This document shows, piece after piece, positions 59,487 to 64,000 of a DNA stretch of 64,000 bases. Below the pieces are notes generated by a model. It saw only the letters and a list, made by a program, of their open reading frames with translations. It ran no database searches and was not told the origin of the DNA. Position 1 is the stretch's first letter; each line of letters opens with the position of its first letter. Both the position numbers and the translations under genes were made by a program. The DNA is from Lytechinus pictus (lineage: Eukaryota), in the NCBI RefSeq assembly GCF_037042905.1, contig NC_087251.1, positions 32,428,001 to 32,492,000 of the forward strand. The letters run 5' to 3'.

Positions 59487-60865
59487 CAGTGGCGTAGCTA
59501 CGGGGGGCATGGGGGGGGGGCACGTGCCCCCCCCCTGAGATTTGGTGTGCCCCCCCAGGTGCCCCCCCCCCCCTGAAAAAAATTGGCAGAGCAAAAAAAA
59601 AAAAGGGAGAAAGAAGAAAAGAAAAAAAGAAAAAAAAAGAAAGACAGAAGAAAAAAAAAGAAGAAGAAAATAAGAGGAGGAAGACGAGTGAATGAAATAA
59701 TGTAAGGGGAAGACTTGCAAAAATAAAAAAAAAATAAAAAAAGTTTGCTTGCGCTTCGCGCCAGAATTGCCTGTTCGATGAGATTCATATCTTGCTCAAT
59801 AGGCTGATATGGAGCAAGTTTTGAAGTCTATATACAAAACATATTTTAGCTCGGACATCGAGCTTTCATTATTTTTTTTTCATTTACAAATTTCAAAATT
59901 TAAAATCTGTAAAATGTTTGTTTTTATGGTCTACATATCAGCATTTTAAGCTCACGCTGCGTGGTCACATTGTTTGATTTTCCAAGTTCATATTGTCTAG
60001 GTGTATTCCATAATGTTCCATTAAACAAATGTATTCAGAATGCCCAGATTCTAGGTCTAAATCTAAAACATGCGCGATAGCCTGCATGTTCTTTATTTAA
60101 AATGTACTTAAATTATCCAGTTTCACATCAAAATATCAATAATTGTCTGCTCACGCTTCATGATCGCATTATTAATGATACCCAATTAACTATATCCTAT
60201 TCATGATTTACAAAATATGAATAGAGTGTCCCGCTTTTAGGTCTGAAATCTCAATTTTCTACCTCTCGCGCTTCGCGCTCGCATCAATTGTTTAGTTACA
60301 TACCTATCCCATTTATTAATACAAAAAGTGCTTAGAATTACCATTTTTAGGTCGGAATGTCAAAAAAATTTGCTCGCGCTTCGCGCTCGCATTATTGAAA
60401 TATATACCGTCTTCGTGGGTAACTGTAAGCAGTCCTTAACAGGTTCCTTTTCGATAATGCTAGAACAGTTAATAAAAATTTCTGCTCGCGCTTGGCGTTC
60501 GCAGTAACCATCTTGTTACATACGAATCTTGTTCAGGATCACACATAACATTGCCCAGAATATTAAATTTTCAGGACAAAATACATGAAAGTAAAAAAAA
60601 AAATCGCTCGTGCTTCGCGCTCGCACTTTTTATAAGGCTTATGAGATTATTTCATGTTAATGTTGTTTTATAAGAATAAAACTAAGAAGTGACTGATCGG
60701 GGAAAATATAGCTGAAGATAATTTCGGGCACCGTCCCCTATTGGCGAAAGTCGGATCTGCCCTTGTGACACATGATACACACACACCGAAAAAATGGTGC
60801 CCCCCCCTGAAAAAGCAAGGACCCCCCAGTGCCCCCCCAGGAATAAAATCCTAGCTACGCCACTG
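59487..60865. mobile_element. hAT-like non-autonomous DNA transposon, 1.38 kb
   Basis: TIR CAGTGGCGTAGCTA...TAGCTACGCCACTG; ATGGGGG duplicated on both sides; internal GCTCGCGCTTCGCGCTCGC repeats. Confidence 0.85.
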
Positions 60866-60879
60866 ATGGGGGGGGGGGG

Positions 60880-61145
60880 TAAATTGCCAATTTGTCCACT
60901 CATCACATGGTCTATCTTCATCTAGTCTAATGCCATTACGTCCATCAATATTTCGTCTAACAACCATTTGGTCCAATCATCACATCAATTCGATGAAATG
61001 GTACATGGACTAAATGGCCATTGGAACAACTGGTTATTGAACAAAATGGTGAGTGGACAAAATAGCAATTAGACCATGTGGATTGGACGAACTGACAGAC
61101 CAAATGATAGTAGACGAAATTGGCATTGGACCAATTGAAAATTAA
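60880..61145. mobile_element. Degenerate inverted-repeat element
   Basis: TGCCAATTTGTCCACT...AGTAGACGAAATTGGCA arms with short GTC.A/T.GAC subrepeats. Confidence 0.55.
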
Positions 61146-61532
61146 ATTACTTTACAGTCACGTGGGTACTAATTTCCCTCTGTGCAGTCAAAAAACAAGT
61201 CAAATACAGATCTATAGACGCTTATCAGACGGGCTCTTTATTAAGTGTATACCAATAAAATTAAATTTTATTGTAAAAAAGACAAATTCAAATAAATAGA
61301 CTGAATAGATTTCTCTTCATTTAAAGATAAATGTTCTATTTTTTAGCAACCCTGAATAGGCCTATCTTTTCAAATTTGAATTGTGTTTTTTCAATGTGGC
61401 ACCATCATGGTGGCTGCCTGGAATGAGAATGAAAGGGCCTTACTTGTTTCCAATCATTCCAAGTCAAATTTGGTAATTCTGAGATCCTTTCCTGGTTCAA
61501 AATTACTTTCTGAAGTTTAATACACTATATGA

Positions 61533-61748
61533 TGGCTCTATTGTAGAGCGCTCGCCTCATGAACGGGAGGTCGTGGGTTCGATCTCCAATCGAGTCATAC
61601 CAAAGACTTTAAAAATGGGACCTTCTTGCTACTCAGCATTTAGATTAGTGAAGGATAATATAACCATGTTATGTTATGCAGGGCCCGCTGGAAGAACAGC
61701 TTATAGCTGAAGTGGCTACCCTGGGTAAATAAGAGTTATCATTATTAT
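61533..61748 (+). mobile_element. tRNA-derived SINE with a LINE-derived 3' tail
   Basis: Head GTAGAGCGCTCGCC...GGTTCGATC, core GAGTCATACCAAAGACTTTAAAAATGG, tail homologous to 49382-49440. Confidence 0.8.
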
Positions 61749-63591
61749 AATTAAACAGATAAATGAAATAAGCAACATACTCTAGCTCAACGATGGAATA
61801 TTATGTCACCAAAACAAAAACCTCTTTAAATATGGAGTTTTTTCTTTCTTGATCCTCATCAACATTTCTGTAAAAGAGATTGCACAGACTGATCCCAGAT
61901 TTTTAAGTTCCATAAACATTGTGCAATAAATTCAAAATAAACTTTAATGTTTTGAGTTGTTGTGCAATAAATTCAAAATAAACTCTTTTATGTTTCGAGT
62001 TTTTGGTGGAATGTGTTTTGAACTCAAATGAACAGCACATGTATATGGCTTACTCTCTGCTTCTCCACATCTTTCTTTCTCTCTCCTTTTCTCATTTACT
62101 CTCACTTTTGTCTCTCTCACACACACATCGACATAACCAAACATTCTTACTCATGAACACACACGAAAACATGCACACCCTTACACTATCATTCTGTACG
62201 AAGGCAAAATATTTCAGACGAGTGTAGTATTATGATATATTTATTGCTAATATATTTCTCTCTATGGAAGACATAAGTGTACATCAGTAACTACACTAGG
62301 TATAACCATTCTTGGAAGAAGAAAAAAATGACTACCTAATATATAAAATCAAAATAATAGTATACATATGGTTTGCAAATGCTCCCATCCATGAACGAGT
62401 GAGTCTACATTTCCACAATTCAAAGATAGAAATAATAATAGGGAAGTGCATTCCAATCAGGACAATGAACCCAAGGGGGTATTGCAAGAAATCTATTTGC
62501 AATCAATTTCAAATATCAATTACAAATTTACACTTTAAAAAGCCTATTTTCAAATAAATCAAATCAATTGCAAATTTGGACTTATTTCCAGGACTTATAA
62601 TTGACTTTAGGATCCAAAAACTAGCCTGATTTGCAAATTAATTGCAACTTAACAGTAACATCCCCTGAATAGATTTACATCCAGGTGCCCATTTCATAAA
62701 CTTGTTATAATAACAAATTTGCAATAACAGTTCAAAGCTACTGAGATTATTCAAATTGCAAGAATCTTCAATCCTGAAGGAGGCAGATTTAACCTAAAGA
62801 AGAAGGAATTGAGTGGTTGATAGTAAACTTGTTATCGAAACTAGCATTTGTTATTATAGCAAGTATTTCAATATTTCCCGGGGAGCATTCAAGAAAGTTT
62901 CCTAACTCAATTGCTAAGCATACTACAATGGCTTTTAAAAATTTTAAATATTAAAATTTAAAAAAAAGTTAGATATAATCATACGACTAAAAACAATATG
63001 ACTTTAATATAATACATACCATTCCATAACTGTAAAATATAACAAATATTTCCATGAATTATATACATACAAATATCTATATAAAGATTTCAAAACACAG
63101 TCTGTGTAACAATAATTAACAAGGTATTACAATTTTGTTGTCCTTTCAAATGATTGATTGAAAGACAATCAGAGTAGCAAAAACTATGTGTACAACATAA
63201 CAATGAAGGTGTAAAGACAACACTTTCTCATATATGTTTTTTCAGCTTATAGGATTAAATCAGTATTTTCTCAGATATATTACCCAAAACTTCAAAATAA
63301 AACATAACATTACATGGGATATGTAGAATCGAATCAGTGATAGGTCGATACGCCATCACATGTCATCATATCTGCAAAGATCAAATTTATTATAGTCAAG
63401 GATTTGACGTCACCTTGGTGAATATAACTGCATTGTATTGTAAACTATGGCGTTTTTTTCAATGAGGTGACATCACTTTCTGCTTAAAACTTGCGTAATC
63501 AAGTAGTTTACTTGATGTACGTGCTAGTGTGTACGCGTCGATTTCATGAAGCACGCACCTGCTAAATTTTTTTTCATTATGATGTAGACAG

Positions 63592-63731
63592 ATCATATTG
63601 CATAAAAGTTACCATTATGGTAACTTTGCCATTCAGTGGTAACTTGCATGGTATCCTTGATTCTGATTGGTTGTTGATCAGTGTTACCATAGTAGTTACC
63701 ATTGGACGGCAAAGTTTTTTGCGATGGGGCC
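63592..63731. mobile_element. Harbinger-like MITE, degenerate
   Basis: TTGCATAAAAGTTACC...GCGATGGGGCC|CAG; homologous to 50754..50888. Confidence 0.68.
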
Positions 63732-64000
63732 CAGAGCTGCAGCAATCATGAGTTTATCATAGAGCCATATCATAAAGGCAGATTCTAATGGTGAATCTAC
63801 ATAGACTATATAATAAAATAACAGATATTACCTGGTCTATCTCTTCATATATAACATTTTAAACTCCCCTTTGAAGCTATATTTTTCCCTTGGGAAAATA
63901 TTTTCCCTCAGCACTGCGCGCTTTGTGTAAAATATCCCGTTGGTAAAATGTAACTCTGTCAGGGAAATGAAATGTTATTTTGATGAAACTCTAGGTAGGC

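Overview
Animal (eukaryotic) genomic DNA, AT-rich and intron- and repeat-dense. The repeat types suggest a marine invertebrate, probably an echinoderm such as a sea urchin (inference, not verified). Two convergent spliced genes were reconstructed by hand with frame-consistent GT-AG junctions. (1) + strand: an ether-a-go-go (EAG/Kv10, KCNH1/5-like) voltage-gated K+ channel, 10 coding exons from 17225 to 39518, about 977 codons; the first coding exon (PAS-cap) was not found in the window. (2) - strand: a complete CPPED1-like calcineurin-type metallophosphoesterase, 6 exons from 58814 to 50383, 296 aa. The rest is introns and intergenic DNA carrying Harbinger-type MITEs (3-bp CWG-like TSDs), CACT-ended elements with 2-bp TSDs, a TTAA-duplicating element nested in another MITE, a hAT-like element, a Helentron/HINE-like element, tRNA-derived SINEs, a 5'-truncated L2/CR1-group LINE, two minisatellites with dimeric higher-order structure, and microsatellites. 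There is no CRISPR array or prokaryotic system, and I cannot claim a new system. The best leads are: a fixed 12-nt-spaced X-box-half/CCAAT module in five MITEs of two families; an inverted MITE pair forming a long hairpin just upstream of the S4-pore exon; a SINE and a LINE sharing a 3' tail with a sequence-divergent stem-loop; and a satellite abutting, and possibly derived from, a LINE truncation point.
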